Part shown: piece after piece, positions 31,245-32,000 of the stretch
Layout: each line of letters begins with the position of its first letter
Numbering within the stretch: position 1 is the stretch's first letter
From: Nitrosospira multiformis ATCC 25196
GTDB taxonomy: Bacteria; Pseudomonadota; Gammaproteobacteria; Burkholderiales; Nitrosomonadaceae
Reading direction: 5' to 3'
Length of the DNA: 32,000 bases
Assembly (NCBI RefSeq): GCF_000196355.1
Contig: NC_007614.1
Span: 720,001 to 752,000 of the forward strand
Made by a program: the position numbers and the translations under genes
The notes under the pieces: generated by a model
The model's database searches: none
What the model was told of the DNA's origin: nothing
Seen by the model: the letters and a program-made list of their open reading frames with translations, nothing else

Positions 31245-31592
31245 TTACATCCGCTGCCGGGAATTCAGCGACCTTATCACCGCCGGCAGAACCTCACGCA
31301 TCACCAGCGTTCTTGCGCTGCTGCCCAAGACCCCGGACGATAAGGCAATGCCGCTTTTTATCGCTTTGCTCAACGATCTGGAGGGTACTGCCGATAACAC
31401 GGCCAACAAACCGAGCGAGATAGAGTAGGGGTGGCGCGCTATGAACCTGAATGTCCGGCTGCGCGGAAAAACATCATCGCCCGTCACCTGCGTCTCCTCA
31501 TCCTCATGTCCATACCTGGATCGATATTCCCTGCGGGTGGCATGCATCCGCTCCAACAACGCCTTTTTTTCATATTCCAGCGAGGTGCTCAT
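31245..31592 (-). CDS. YqjK-like hypothetical protein
   Basis: 115-aa ORF with a basic N-terminus and C-terminal hydrophobic segment. Start overlaps the stop of the upstream holin-superfamily-like gene (31589-31592), suggesting translational coupling. Confidence 0.6.
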   Translation of the reverse strand: MSTSLEYEKKALLERMHATRREYRSRYGHEDEETQVTGDDVFPRSRTFRFIARHPYSISLGLLAVLSAVPSRSLSKAIKSGIALSSGVLGSSARTLVMREVLPAVIRSLNSRQRM

Positions 31593-31957
31593 ACGATATC
31601 CTTCATCAGCTTGATATCCTGCTGTAGTTCATCACGCACGGTATCAAAAGCTGAAACAGAATCTGTCTGACCGGGGGTTGCGAAATAAACTACAAAGGCA
31701 GTCAAGGCATAGAAAGCGACAATCCCCCAGGCTGAGACCACGCGATAGGGGGTGTCCCAGAAAGTAACGATAACGGCAACTCCTGCGAACACAAGACTCA
31801 GGACGGAGAGAAACGTTATCACGACGTAGCCGATCAGGCGGCGCTTGAAGTTCCTTCCCTGAATCTCCACGGATATTTTTATCAGCTCAATGTATTCGCT
31901 GAGGCGTTCCAGGATGAGAACTCCAATTTCTTTCGCTTTTTTAATGGTCTCAAACAT
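31589..31957 (-). CDS. YqjE-like / phage holin superfamily III-like membrane protein
   Basis: 122-aa ORF with an amphipathic N-terminus and two TM helices (GYVVITFLSVLSLVFAGVAVIVTFW; VVSAWGIVAFYALTAFVVYFA). This layout matches the YqjE group. Confidence 0.72.
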   Translation of the reverse strand: MFETIKKAKEIGVLILERLSEYIELIKISVEIQGRNFKRRLIGYVVITFLSVLSLVFAGVAVIVTFWDTPYRVVSAWGIVAFYALTAFVVYFATPGQTDSVSAFDTVRDELQQDIKLMKDIV

Positions 31958-32000
31958 GGCGATTCATCTCGGGCTAAGTGGCGGACACGCAGCTTAGCGA

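Noticed and set aside
31186-31428. 80-aa plus-strand ORF with a hydrophobic N-terminus, overlapping the YqjK-like gene
   Set aside because: It lies antisense to the better-supported coupled minus-strand pair. It cannot be fully excluded without expression data.

Overview
This 32 kb window looks like ordinary beta-proteobacterial chromosome, most like Nitrosospira/Nitrosomonadaceae from gene content (inference only). It carries mostly housekeeping genes on both strands. In order they are: a truncated WecA/MraY-like glycosyl-1-phosphate transferase at the left edge; a DAACS symporter; an Asp-box (sialidase-like) secreted protein with a TonB-dependent receptor; serB; an SH3b lipoprotein; a membrane GGDEF diguanylate cyclase; mfd; recJ; a DUF1207-like outer-membrane protein; a frameshifted SMR/EmrE-type efflux gene; a Gly/Asn-rich PEP-CTERM protein; queF; a tightly packed smc-zipA-ligA-galU run; a purine/MTI salvage pair with def; aroK; a small double EF-hand protein; an un-annotated 26-aa membrane micro-ORF; and a YqjK/YqjE-like pair. 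I found no CRISPR array, rRNA, tRNA, transposase, integrase or phage structural gene. I see no convincing new multi-gene system. The most notable points are the SMR gene broken by two compensating frameshifts (hidden across three ORF-track frames), a 72-bp tandem duplication that doubles the N-terminal transmembrane segment of the diguanylate cyclase, the Asp-box/TonB receptor pair, the glycine-rich PEP-CTERM protein, and the 26-aa membrane micro-ORF.
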